This document shows, piece by piece, positions 49,443-57,575 of a stretch of 64,000 nt of DNA; positions within the stretch are counted from its first letter, which is position 1; the number at the start of each line of letters is the position of its first letter. The translations under genes were made by a program, and so were the position numbers. The stretch comes from a virus (Duplodnaviria > Caudoviricetes). The DNA is taken from positions 1 through 64,000 of IMG/VR virus record IMGVR_UViG_2890524856_000001; one strand, written 5' to 3'. Under the pieces are notes generated by a model, which saw only the letters and a list, made by a program, of their open reading frames with translations, did no database searches and was not told the origin of the DNA.

Positions 49443-49910
49443 TTAGATCGTCATCATCATTCCAAGCTGGAGGTCTGCAAAACGATCTTGCATGTCCAGT
49501 ACCTTGCATACCGTTCTTGCATTTTTTACGTGCCACACGATAGAAAGTACCGCTACCTGACCATTGGATGTTTCAGGGGATATCCGGTAGGCTCTCTTGC
49601 CATTTTCATTTACCCCATCTTTTTCAATGCTATTAGTTGGATTGCACCTGGATGCGGCATCCTTAATCGTCAACTTAGAATCACAAATCATCTCGAAAAA
49701 ATGTGTGATTGCATCGTTAAAGTCCTCTGGAGCAAAAACTGCATCTCGCTCAGGCAGATCAATATTAGAGATCAAAAAGCAATCTTTGAAGCGGTCTGAC
49801 CGGCTTGCAGCCTCTTTGCTGATAACGAGAACATCTGACTCTTCGTCATAATAGGCATACACGGTGCATGGCCTGCCTTGGAATCCACTTATCACAGCCT
49901 GAATATTCAT
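49443..49910 (-). CDS. Morphogenetic-region hypothetical protein
   Basis: ATGA-coupled in the late operon. Confidence 0.6.
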   Translation of the reverse strand: MNIQAVISGFQGRPCTVYAYYDEESDVLVISKEAASRSDRFKDCFLISNIDLPERDAVFAPEDFNDAITHFFEMICDSKLTIKDAASRCNPTNSIEKDGVNENGKRAYRISPETSNGQVAVLSIVWHVKNARTVCKVLDMQDRFADLQLGMMMTI

Positions 49911-50653
49911 TTCGTCACCACTACTACGCCAGTATCTTTGTCCAGCAATTTAGATTGAGATGTGACCTGGTATCCAGATGGGTTATTGAAGTCACCTACC
50001 ACTCCGCGACCGTCGTGCAACTCTCCATCCCGGGGGAAGTCAAATATCGGGATTGTTTCGCGTAGCGATAAGTCCATCGCCAAAATTGTCAGGTTTTTCT
50101 GCTCTGTTTCAATATTCATCGCAGGGGCATCGATGGTCTCCAACTTCACTGGAAATGGCAAATCAAACCCCGCGAACCGGTACGGAGCAGAAAAAGTTCT
50201 ATTTGCCGGATCGGATATGTAAAGGGAAAATTGAGCAGCAATGCTACGCGCAGTTGGCTCATCAGCGGCACAAATGGCAACCTGAGCGCGGCGGTCTCCC
50301 ACCATTTGGCGCATCTTAAACACTCGCTCCTTTTTGTCATCAGGAAGAGTTACGTAAACTGGATTTGCATGCTGAATAGAGTAGTCGCCTGTCGCAGGCA
50401 TGTAATCCTTTGCAGTAGCAATGATAATTACCGGCAAAAATGGGGAGACGGCGCCGGTACCTGAATTATCATTCTTTCGCCATGATGCCAACATATCCTC
50501 AACAGCGTCCACCATTCTTGATGGAGCATAGACGATGCTTTTTGATAAGCCTCGGGATACAAACTCACTTAATGCCTTAGTAGTCGGGGATAAGCGAGAA
50601 TAAAATCCGGCCATGTAATGCCCAAAACCTACTTTCAACTCGTTCATATGCAA
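49907..50653 (-). CDS. Tail completion/terminator-like protein
   Basis: RAQVAICAADEPTARSIAAQF pattern; late operon. Confidence 0.5.
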   Translation of the reverse strand: MHMNELKVGFGHYMAGFYSRLSPTTKALSEFVSRGLSKSIVYAPSRMVDAVEDMLASWRKNDNSGTGAVSPFLPVIIIATAKDYMPATGDYSIQHANPVYVTLPDDKKERVFKMRQMVGDRRAQVAICAADEPTARSIAAQFSLYISDPANRTFSAPYRFAGFDLPFPVKLETIDAPAMNIETEQKNLTILAMDLSLRETIPIFDFPRDGELHDGRGVVGDFNNPSGYQVTSQSKLLDKDTGVVVVTK

Positions 50654-50656
50654 TCC

Positions 50657-51517
50657 CTATCGAATGAAGCGATTGGTGATACGGTCATTTTCATCAACCT
50701 TCTTTGCCTTATTTTCACCAGGCACTTCAACCCCAAAGAGCGGAGCATCCTTAAAGTAAGCGATATCACCCATTAACCGGTGCGCACTATTTTTATCCAC
50801 CACGAGCGGGCTAATAGACTCAAACGAAAGTGAATCGAGAGCAACCCCAGCTCCGCGAGATGACGAAATTAGACTGAGGTAATGTTCATTTTCAGCAGTC
50901 AGCTTAGCCACGATATCCAGGGCATTTGCATGCTCGTTATTCAGACTATCAAGGAGCTTTAGCACTCCAATCAATTGCCGGTTGTACTCATCAGCGACAA
51001 AATTGCCAATATCGTCCAGAGTCATTCCGGACGAACCAACACTATCCAGCGACAATTCATAACCACGATTTGTAGTGAAATTTGGCTCCAAGACATAGTC
51101 AAATCCATAAAATTCAGGCTTTAACTCATCTATTGCCGAACTAAAACCGCCCGTCTTCCTTGCGAAAAGACGCTGAGCCAAGTTGCCAGAATTTGTATCC
51201 AGGAATTCAGCCTCATGCTCAATGGTTCCGTCGTCGTATGCTTTTAGGTGTATCGTTACCATGGCTGGCTCAATCGATACATGACGCCCATCTACGATGC
51301 CACCCTCCGCGGGATTCAATCCGAATTTGATGCGAGGCCAATGCCCGTAGTACCCAAACATATCACGATGCTTTACCTTCTCCTGAGTAGCCCCGCTATT
51401 AATAGCTCGAACTATTGCCGGGATATCGAAATTGCGCTCTTTACCTCTGAATTTCCTTCCGCGATCCTTCAGGTTGTATTTGATAATCCCTGTCTGGTTA
51501 GATGGCTTGCCGCTCAT
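50657..51517 (-). CDS. pro: Prohead protease (P1 Pro-like)
   Basis: GYYGH, HEAEFLDT and GGFSSA motifs match P1 Pro as recalled. Confidence 0.75.
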   Translation of the reverse strand: MSGKPSNQTGIIKYNLKDRGRKFRGKERNFDIPAIVRAINSGATQEKVKHRDMFGYYGHWPRIKFGLNPAEGGIVDGRHVSIEPAMVTIHLKAYDDGTIEHEAEFLDTNSGNLAQRLFARKTGGFSSAIDELKPEFYGFDYVLEPNFTTNRGYELSLDSVGSSGMTLDDIGNFVADEYNRQLIGVLKLLDSLNNEHANALDIVAKLTAENEHYLSLISSSRGAGVALDSLSFESISPLVVDKNSAHRLMGDIAYFKDAPLFGVEVPGENKAKKVDENDRITNRFIR

Positions 51518-51534
51518 ATATTCACCCTTAAACC

Positions 51535-52188
51535 CTATAAAATTACCGCTGCACAGTCAAAAACCGCCAGGTTGCGCAACTCCACCCCATTTGCAAACGC
51601 CAGGGATGAAGCACTTCGCTTAAGCACGGTAATGTCGATCACAAACTTCGCCGGAGTTACCGATCGCAATGCCGGCAACACTGTAGAAAAAACCTCTGAT
51701 CCACCAATTCCAGCCGCTTGATTGGCGTCACCATCAATAGAAATGCGTATACGACTTGTCAGGTAGTGCGTCGAGTTTGGATCCTCAGATGTGATTTTTG
51801 ACCGCGCAACAATGCCCGCTGGGTACTGCTTTAACTTGTCATGCCACATCTGATCGACCACCCACCCATTCGGCCAAATCAACTGCAAGTAAGTTCGCAG
51901 AAAATGCATGCCCCGCTTTGGGTTTCTCGCCTTCCATGCTTTCAGCAGGTACCTCATTGCCGGGTCAATTGAGTTAATCAGTGCCAAGCCCTCGCGACTA
52001 ACATTTCGCTCAATAAGTGCCAGCCTACCCAAGTGCGGCGCGCCAAGCACATTGATGTCGCGCTCGCTGCTGCGCAAATATGACTCAAATATGCCAATGA
52101 ATTGAGCTTTCAGTTCCTCTTCAATAGAGTCAAAATCATTGCTCTTTTTGAGCGGATTTAGACTGACCACATCATGCGAATCGATCAC
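51535..52188 (-). CDS. Baseplate wedge protein (P1 gp16 / P2 gpI-like)
   Basis: KRGMHFLRTYLQLIWP motif; downstream of the J-like gene. Confidence 0.65.
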   Translation of the reverse strand: MIDSHDVVSLNPLKKSNDFDSIEEELKAQFIGIFESYLRSSERDINVLGAPHLGRLALIERNVSREGLALINSIDPAMRYLLKAWKARNPKRGMHFLRTYLQLIWPNGWVVDQMWHDKLKQYPAGIVARSKITSEDPNSTHYLTSRIRISIDGDANQAAGIGGSEVFSTVLPALRSVTPAKFVIDITVLKRSASSLAFANGVELRNLAVFDCAAVIL

Positions 52189-53622
52189 TTACATACCCCA
52201 TCCATTGAGATTGTAATTTGCCCGAGTGACGTTGATAGTTAGGCTATCCGCCGTCATAAAGCGAAATTGTTCCGGCAGTTGAGCTCCGGCAATCGGAGCT
52301 ATATTTACGGTGAAATCAGCACCGTTATCCTGCAGTGCTGGAACCTTTTCCCTTAGCAGCTCATAGACTCGCTTGTACATTGGCATGCTCATTCCTATCC
52401 TTACAGCCGGCGATGAGGCGCCATACTCTGCAAGCAACACATCCCTGATGCTCTGACGAACCGACTCTGTATCATTGACCCTTGCGACCGATGCATTCAC
52501 GGTTGCAACAACGTTAGAAATAACTGGGGCAACGAATGCCACTTTGAATGAGTCATCGGCATCGATAACAACATTGCGAATCATCTCCTGTATAGCCGCC
52601 CGGGACGAGCCAATCGGCTCTAAAAATGAGATGAACAACGTATTAATGTTGCTTACGTTTGCACCGCGAACCGACTCTTCAACAGACTCATTCCAGACAG
52701 ATAAGAATCTAAGATTTGGAACGTTTCTGCGGATTAAAAAATCAAACTCACCCAGGAATACGGCGCTTGAGTCGTATGCGGCCGGGTATTTACACAGCTC
52801 ACGAAGTGTTGGCACGTCCATAGGGTTTGCGCCTGCAACTAAAAGCGCATCCATGGATATCTTTATTTGAGCGTCCTGCGGAGTGTAGGAATACTGCAGT
52901 GAAAATGGACTCCCAGATGGAACTTGGATTTCACCTGACGTTTCACGGACAAGTACCGAATAAACGTCACCGGCCTTTGGCTGATGACCAATCACTTGAT
53001 CGTATCCGAGCACAATAAATATCTTCCGGTACTCATCGCATTCAATATTGAATACAGCATCACCACTGGCTACGTTTGTGAACTCTCGAGAGTATCTGTA
53101 TTCAGTTCCTCCAGAGTCCTTTAACCTGATCCCGCAGATCGTTTTTCCATCAGTCGAGGCGGGGACTTCGACCTTGTAGAACGGCATAGAAACAGAAACG
53201 GTATGGTCAAAGGTTCGCGTCTGAGCCTGAACGAGCTCTGCGAAACCGTCTGAGCCTGGCGGAACCGTCACTGGCAAATCAACTTCATACAGATTTCCGC
53301 TGGAGTCAATCAATGCCCGTCCACTATTCAGCTGATATGGAGAGCTTGAGCTATTTGAGACCTTCACACGAACACGCGATGGCAGCGACATAGGAACCAA
53401 TCCCTTTAGCGCAGCGTCGGCCAAAACAGTGGCATCGCGAGTTTTACTGAATGGCTCCATCATCCCAATTTCCATTTGCTGGGATAACATCGCCAACATT
53501 TGAGCCATTGCTGACTGCGCTTGCAAAATTCGCGGATCACCCGCCTGATACAGCGCAGCCACAGAAGGGTACTGCGCTACGGTCGACTCAATAACGTTCA
53601 GAAAATCCTGCTTCGTATGCAT
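52189..53622 (-). CDS. Baseplate J-like protein (P1 BplA-like)
   Basis: 477 aa; EPFSKTRDATVLADA and AVFLGEFDFLIR motifs. Confidence 0.75.
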   Translation of the reverse strand: MHTKQDFLNVIESTVAQYPSVAALYQAGDPRILQAQSAMAQMLAMLSQQMEIGMMEPFSKTRDATVLADAALKGLVPMSLPSRVRVKVSNSSSSPYQLNSGRALIDSSGNLYEVDLPVTVPPGSDGFAELVQAQTRTFDHTVSVSMPFYKVEVPASTDGKTICGIRLKDSGGTEYRYSREFTNVASGDAVFNIECDEYRKIFIVLGYDQVIGHQPKAGDVYSVLVRETSGEIQVPSGSPFSLQYSYTPQDAQIKISMDALLVAGANPMDVPTLRELCKYPAAYDSSAVFLGEFDFLIRRNVPNLRFLSVWNESVEESVRGANVSNINTLFISFLEPIGSSRAAIQEMIRNVVIDADDSFKVAFVAPVISNVVATVNASVARVNDTESVRQSIRDVLLAEYGASSPAVRIGMSMPMYKRVYELLREKVPALQDNGADFTVNIAPIAGAQLPEQFRFMTADSLTINVTRANYNLNGWGM

Positions 53623-53946
53623 CTATCTACCTCCCACTGTAACGCTCACCCCATCCGATGAAATCATGGATCCAGCAATATCCACTATGAGCAATCGCTT
53701 GTCGGGCTCAATATCTTGGTAATAAATATTAATTGCGCCATTCGGAAGAGCACTCAGAACCGGGATGTCTTGCCGCATTTTTGCAATAAGTGACTGAGAC
53801 ATACCCGCAGATTCTGGGTACTGCAAAAAAGACTTAACGTCATTCCCGTAATCGGAGCCAAGATACGAGCCAACCGGCGTGGCGAGCCAATGGCGAACCA
53901 TGCCCTGTATGTCTACTGCTGTAATGATCGGCTTTGATGAATTCAT
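53623..53946 (-). CDS. gp25/gpW-like baseplate wedge protein
   Basis: HWLATPVGSYLGSDYG motif. Confidence 0.75.
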   Translation of the reverse strand: MNSSKPIITAVDIQGMVRHWLATPVGSYLGSDYGNDVKSFLQYPESAGMSQSLIAKMRQDIPVLSALPNGAINIYYQDIEPDKRLLIVDIAGSMISSDGVSVTVGGR

Positions 53947-53952
53947 TCCTCA

Positions 53953-53993
53953 ATTATCATGTGTGCTTTCATACCAAAATTTCCGCGTTTTCC
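53953..53993 (-). promoter_or_regulatory. Putative late promoter 7 (GGAAAA-N29-GATAAT)
   Basis: Upstream of the baseplate operon; exact spacing. Confidence 0.7.
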
Positions 53994-54000
53994 CTGAAAA

Positions 54001-54029
54001 CAAAAAAGCCTGCAACAATGCAGGCTTTT
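54001..54029 (-). terminator. Intrinsic terminator closing the 56.0-54.0 kb transcription unit
   Basis: AAAGCCTGCA-TTGT-TGCAGGCTTTTTTG on the minus strand. Confidence 0.85.
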
Positions 54030-54420
54030 CATTCAGGCTAGGCCATCCAATTCTATTCAGTTCCTAGGTTTTATCCATTCCCTAGGCGATCTCTGGTTTA
54101 TGTAACTAGCCGTACTCCAGCTGAATCGGTCTCGCAATATGCTCCGTTTCAGCAATACAGAGTTCCGGCCTGTTCCAATAATGCATATAGCTAAACAAGA
54201 GACCTTCAATTATTGCCGGGGAGAAGGCAACAATCAAAAAAAACCTCATCACTAATCTAAGCATTCATATCCTAAAAAAAATTTGCACGAATTAGGCTAG
54301 CCCCGAGTTACTAAGACCTTCGCACTGCTCCTCTTGACCCCAGATTTACCATGCAAGCTCATGGTGGAATATCACCTGCTTTCGCAGCCCTCGATCCGAG
54401 TACGAGGGGATTACCAACAA
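54030..54420 (-). ncRNA. Candidate structured ncRNA segment 2 (~390 nt, unclassified)
   Basis: No ORF of 60 aa or more; helices CCCTCG/CGAGGG, CTGC-GAAA-GCAG, ACCATG/CATGGT, ATTGTTGCC/GGCAATAAT, GGTCTC/GAGACC, CCTAGG/CCTAGG; GU pairs favour the minus strand. Confidence 0.6.
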
Positions 54421-54423
54421 ATT

Positions 54424-54918
54424 TTATTGCTGACCCTGCTTTGAAGCAGAGTTCAATTTATCCAAGTCAGCCTTAGCATCTGCAGCTTGTTTATCAGCGG
54501 CGGCTTTCGCCTCCTCAGCCTGCTTCAGCTTGAGCGCAGCCATTTCTTGGCGCTGCTTTTCAACGGCGGCAGCATCTGCCTTTACGCTCAATTCCATTGC
54601 AAGTGCTTTTTCATCGCGCTCTTTTGCCGACGACAAATAAAGGGAGGCGCATGCCTGATGAAACTCAGCATGTGTCATTGTTTTTCCTGTTTCCTCACCC
54701 GTTTCCTGGTTAATTAACGGGAATTTCTTTTGCGGGTCAACGAATTGGACGATGATACTGTCCACTTGGTTGCCTATCGATTTATCACCCAAAACTACGC
54801 GATCTTCCTCGAGGAAGTGAACAGTTGGAGTTTGACCAAAGCTGTTTTCCGCTACGAATCGCATGCAGCGACGATATGAAACGCCACTGAGGTTTGTTTG
54901 TCGATAATTTTGAGGCAT
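54424..54918 (-). CDS. Small phage protein with Ala/Lys-rich coiled-coil tail, between the two structured segments
   Basis: AAGG RBS; Y.R...N..GQTPTVHFLEE...FPLIN..TGE.TG motif typical of small phage tail-region proteins. Confidence 0.75.
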   Translation of the reverse strand: MPQNYRQTNLSGVSYRRCMRFVAENSFGQTPTVHFLEEDRVVLGDKSIGNQVDSIIVQFVDPQKKFPLINQETGEETGKTMTHAEFHQACASLYLSSAKERDEKALAMELSVKADAAAVEKQRQEMAALKLKQAEEAKAAADKQAADAKADLDKLNSASKQGQQ

Positions 54919-54929
54919 ATAACACCTTA

Positions 54930-56033
54930 TCTGATTGGGTTAAGTTTATAAAATCAGGCTTCTACTTCTATGTGGCGGCCGGCACTGCCTTCTTCCGGCA
55001 TGCCGTGCAGTAAGGTCAGTGCGCCAGCTTTTGCGCCATCCCCGGCAACGACTTGTTTTCTGCTTATTACGTAGCGCATCAGCCTGCGCAATTCCCCCAC
55101 ACAGAAGCGGCCTCTGGTCGTGACGATCCCAGAACCACTAGAGCCAGTGGACACCGTGCACAGTGCTACCCACCTCCCTTGCGCAGTACGCCTATTCGCC
55201 GCCGCTTCTGTGTGGTTCCTGACTCTTACCCGGCCAGGTTAGGTGTGGCGCGCAATACTCTTAATGACTATGAGTTACTAGCCTCCTGCCGGTCGCCAGA
55301 CACCGGCTCTTATCCCTTCGCTTTCAGAGGCAATCCAGTCTTGCGACGCGCTAGGGGTCTACTACTTACAACACCACACAGAAGCGGGTAGGGCGCTACT
55401 CCTACTATCCTCAAAGGCCGACAAAGCCTTTACCTGCATGCGGGTCGGGATCGATACCGATTGCCGCCAATTTTTACTTCGATCTACTGTGCTTTTTCAG
55501 GTGAGCGCAGCAACTTTGCTCTGCGTGTCTGCTTTCCACGCCTCCGCTTTTGTGTGGCCTCTCCTTTAATACTTCGCTGGCGGAGAGCTACCAGCCGGAT
55601 TTTTCGGACACCGGAGTCGGAACGGGGCAGTTGTGAGGCTCCCTGCTCAGGGCGAGTCATTTTGTTCATCCACTTTCTTTTCTGCTGCAATTCTGGCGCT
55701 ACAACAGAGTCATGCTTTCGCCTTCACCAACAAGTTAGGGGGTCTGGACTTGATACCAGCTTGTCGGATTACTGCGATACCGAGTCGCGTGTGGTTGTCG
55801 TCACATTTACCCACAACTTCATTTCCTCTCCCTAGTTCACAGCTCGCACCAAAACTGCTAAGTGATTTGCGAGTCGAATATTTCTGCATCTAGTTCTGCA
55901 CTTCCTTCAGTGCTGCCCCCTAACTTCTTGGCTCCGGCCTTTCTGCCGGATCGGCTACAGCAATTGTTTTTTCTGCTGATTCAAGTAGCTTTTCTCAGAG
56001 TTCCAACGCGCTCAACAAAGATGCGCAATCCAT
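54930..56033 (-). ncRNA. Candidate large structured ncRNA segment 1 (~1.1 kb, unclassified)
   Basis: Own sigma70 promoter, no credible ORF, 11+4-bp long-range helix (55916-55931 with 55727-55742), many hairpins with GU pairs and GNRA loops, five 14-nt inverted repeats. Confidence 0.7.
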
Positions 56034-56039
56034 TTGAGA

Positions 56040-56069
56040 ATTATATTAGCCATTTATGATTATTTGCAA
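56040..56069 (-). promoter_or_regulatory. Sigma70 promoter with an operator-like site, driving the candidate ncRNA
   Basis: TTGCAA-N18-TATAAT; spacer holds TTAGCC-ATTTAT-GATTAT (56046-56063, + strand). Confidence 0.75.
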
Positions 56070-56482
56070 CTAAATTTTTCCGCTTTTAACTTATTAATGA
56101 CGAACCTGACAATTGCATGTCGAACGCACTCGTCTTTGGACGAAAAATTCATGTGCTTTAACGTAACTTGACCTAAGTTCTTTTCGGATTGAGAGCTCAC
56201 AGACACGCTAATTGCGCCCACACCTACAGTCAAGAAATGTTCCGTTTGAAGCGAAATAGCATCATGGGTAAATCTAGTCCAAGATGGCATCATGCAATGC
56301 GGCATAAATTCTGCAAAAGAACAGTTGGCAGGAGGCGCGCCGAAGAAGAAACCTCCCTTAAATTGAATGTCCGTCCATCCAATTAATTCCGCCAACTCCA
56401 TGTTTAGCGCATCAATCTCGTAAGATGCGCTTTCTATCGGAGCTACAACAACACTTTGCTCACACATAAGACCCTCTCTCAA
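56060..56482 (-). CDS. Hypothetical phage protein
   Basis: LAELIGW...PSWTR...AISL pattern; start may be ATG 56467. Confidence 0.6.
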   Translation of the reverse strand: MREGLMCEQSVVVAPIESASYEIDALNMELAELIGWTDIQFKGGFFFGAPPANCSFAEFMPHCMMPSWTRFTHDAISLQTEHFLTVGVGAISVSVSSQSEKNLGQVTLKHMNFSSKDECVRHAIVRFVINKLKAEKFSCK

Positions 56483-56582
56483 TCTTTCGATCCTCGATTA
56501 ATCTTCGGACACTAACGCGACGGCGATTCGCTTCCCTGGCCTCGCCGGCGCTCATAGCCGGATTAGTCATCAAGTCGCTCAT
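56460..56582 (-). CDS. Small ORF (40 aa, MSDLMTNPAMSAGEAREANRRR...)
   Basis: Read by hand; overlaps the start of the next gene. Confidence 0.4.
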   Translation of the reverse strand: MSDLMTNPAMSAGEAREANRRRVSVRRLIEDRKIERGSYV

Positions 56583-56683
56583 CTTTGATGTTGACTTAAC
56601 CTCTTCAAACGAGTGAGTTTTCTTGTATTTTTGCATTTTTAAACCCGTATTTGCATATTTAAGAGCAAATAAATACCAGCACT

Positions 56684-57028
56684 CTAACGGCCATTAGCGA
56701 TCATGTAGGGCTTCCATTTATCCTCGCCCTTTATTGAGTCACCGCGAACCATGATTAACATATCTTTGAATTTTCCGGTCTTTTCCGCGACGCTGATATA
56801 GTCGGAGCAAGGGTGAGGACTTCCAAACGGCGCGCTAATTGGCTTTGCTTTACGCTTTCCGTTAAACAGTTCGCCCTGCTTAACCTCTACAGCAGCATTG
56901 AAATCAGATTGGGACATTGTGAAGTCCTTGTCTTCTTTTCGCACCTTTGCAATTTGGCGCTTTATACACGCATCAGCAATCGGCCTCAGTGATGAATACG
57001 AAACACCAAAAACAATGAACGCTGACAT
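56684..57028 (-). CDS. Hypothetical protein
   Basis: GGAGGG RBS; downstream of the operator-bearing promoter. Confidence 0.65.
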   Translation of the reverse strand: MSAFIVFGVSYSSLRPIADACIKRQIAKVRKEDKDFTMSQSDFNAAVEVKQGELFNGKRKAKPISAPFGSPHPCSDYISVAEKTGKFKDMLIMVRGDSIKGEDKWKPYMIANGR

Positions 57029-57073
57029 TTCAGAACCCTCCTTTGTGGCTAGTTAATAATTCATTTAATGCTT

Positions 57074-57094
57074 ATTATATCCGTATTTGGCTAT
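57074..57094 (-). promoter_or_regulatory. -10 TATAAT overlapped by an operator
   Basis: ATAGCC-AAATAC-GGATAT-AAT on the minus strand. Confidence 0.6.
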
Positions 57095-57118
57095 TTGAGG
57101 ATTATTTTTTGTCGCTCA

Positions 57119-57343
57119 TCAGCACGGATAACCCTCTTTTAACGAGGTATCGCCTTCATGGTACGCATAGAAGCTGCCGGCAACGTGAAAGCACGATGAT
57201 TCGCACGTTTCATCTTGGTTGCGACCATTAGGGCAACGGTAAATAGTGCCATTGATCTTGCCATCGCCGAAACCAGCCAGGCGCCCAAACACATCATCAT
57301 GGATCAGTTCAGCGCCGCAGTACGGGCATTCAATTCCACTCAC
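57119..57343 (-). CDS. Cys-rich hypothetical protein
   Basis: CPYCG...CPN...C; ATGA/GTGA coupling. Confidence 0.6.
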   Translation of the reverse strand: MSGIECPYCGAELIHDDVFGRLAGFGDGKINGTIYRCPNGRNQDETCESSCFHVAGSFYAYHEGDTSLKEGYPC

Positions 57344-57570
57344 GAGGCACCCCTACTAATCTTCGTAATGGCCTCATTCGCATACGAGATACACTGACCA
57401 GGCAACATACCTCCATCATTACCGGAATTAGCAATTTTCTCCAAAGTCAATTTCATTTCCTTGTGCTCAGAGATAAGCTTACGTATTGCGTCAGCCTCTT
57501 TGAAGTCATCGCCACGCGCCATCCATACAGCTGCGCATTCAGCATTTTTATACAGTTCTGTAGTAATCAT
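57340..57570 (-). CDS. Hypothetical protein
   Basis: GAGG RBS; coupled to the next gene. Confidence 0.55.
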   Translation of the reverse strand: MITTELYKNAECAAVWMARGDDFKEADAIRKLISEHKEMKLTLEKIANSGNDGGMLPGQCISYANEAITKISRGAS

Positions 57571-57575
57571 CGAAG

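Noticed and set aside
54213-55048. 10-bp complementarity between RNA segments 1 (55039-55048) and 2 (54213-54222) across the ORF
   Set aside because: About 0.4 such matches are expected by chance for these lengths, and the segment-2 strand has a local hairpin partner; not evidence alone
55436-55470. tRNA-like T-arm (TCGG-TATCGATC-CCGA)
   Set aside because: No acceptor, D or anticodon arms around it; at most a loop module of the larger RNA
54962-55557. CRISPR or mini-array reading of the 14-nt repeats
   Set aside because: Repeats too short, alternate in orientation, irregular 105-172-nt spacing, no cas genes
54030-56033. Group I or group II intron
   Set aside because: No domain V AGC-triad hairpin or P7 consensus recognised, no interrupted host gene, no reverse transcriptase or homing nuclease ORF
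54954-56059. ORF-track frames 54954-55154, 55053-55391, 55461-55835, 55484-55690, 55633-55893, 55862-56059
   Set aside because: No clear RBS, non-ATG or antisense starts, Arg/Ser/Pro-rich unprotein-like composition, and they overlap one another
56651-56670. Sequence loosely like the P1 C1 operator (TTGCTCTTAAATAT on the minus strand)
   Set aside because: Single partial match in AT-rich DNA; a different palindromic operator fits the early promoters better
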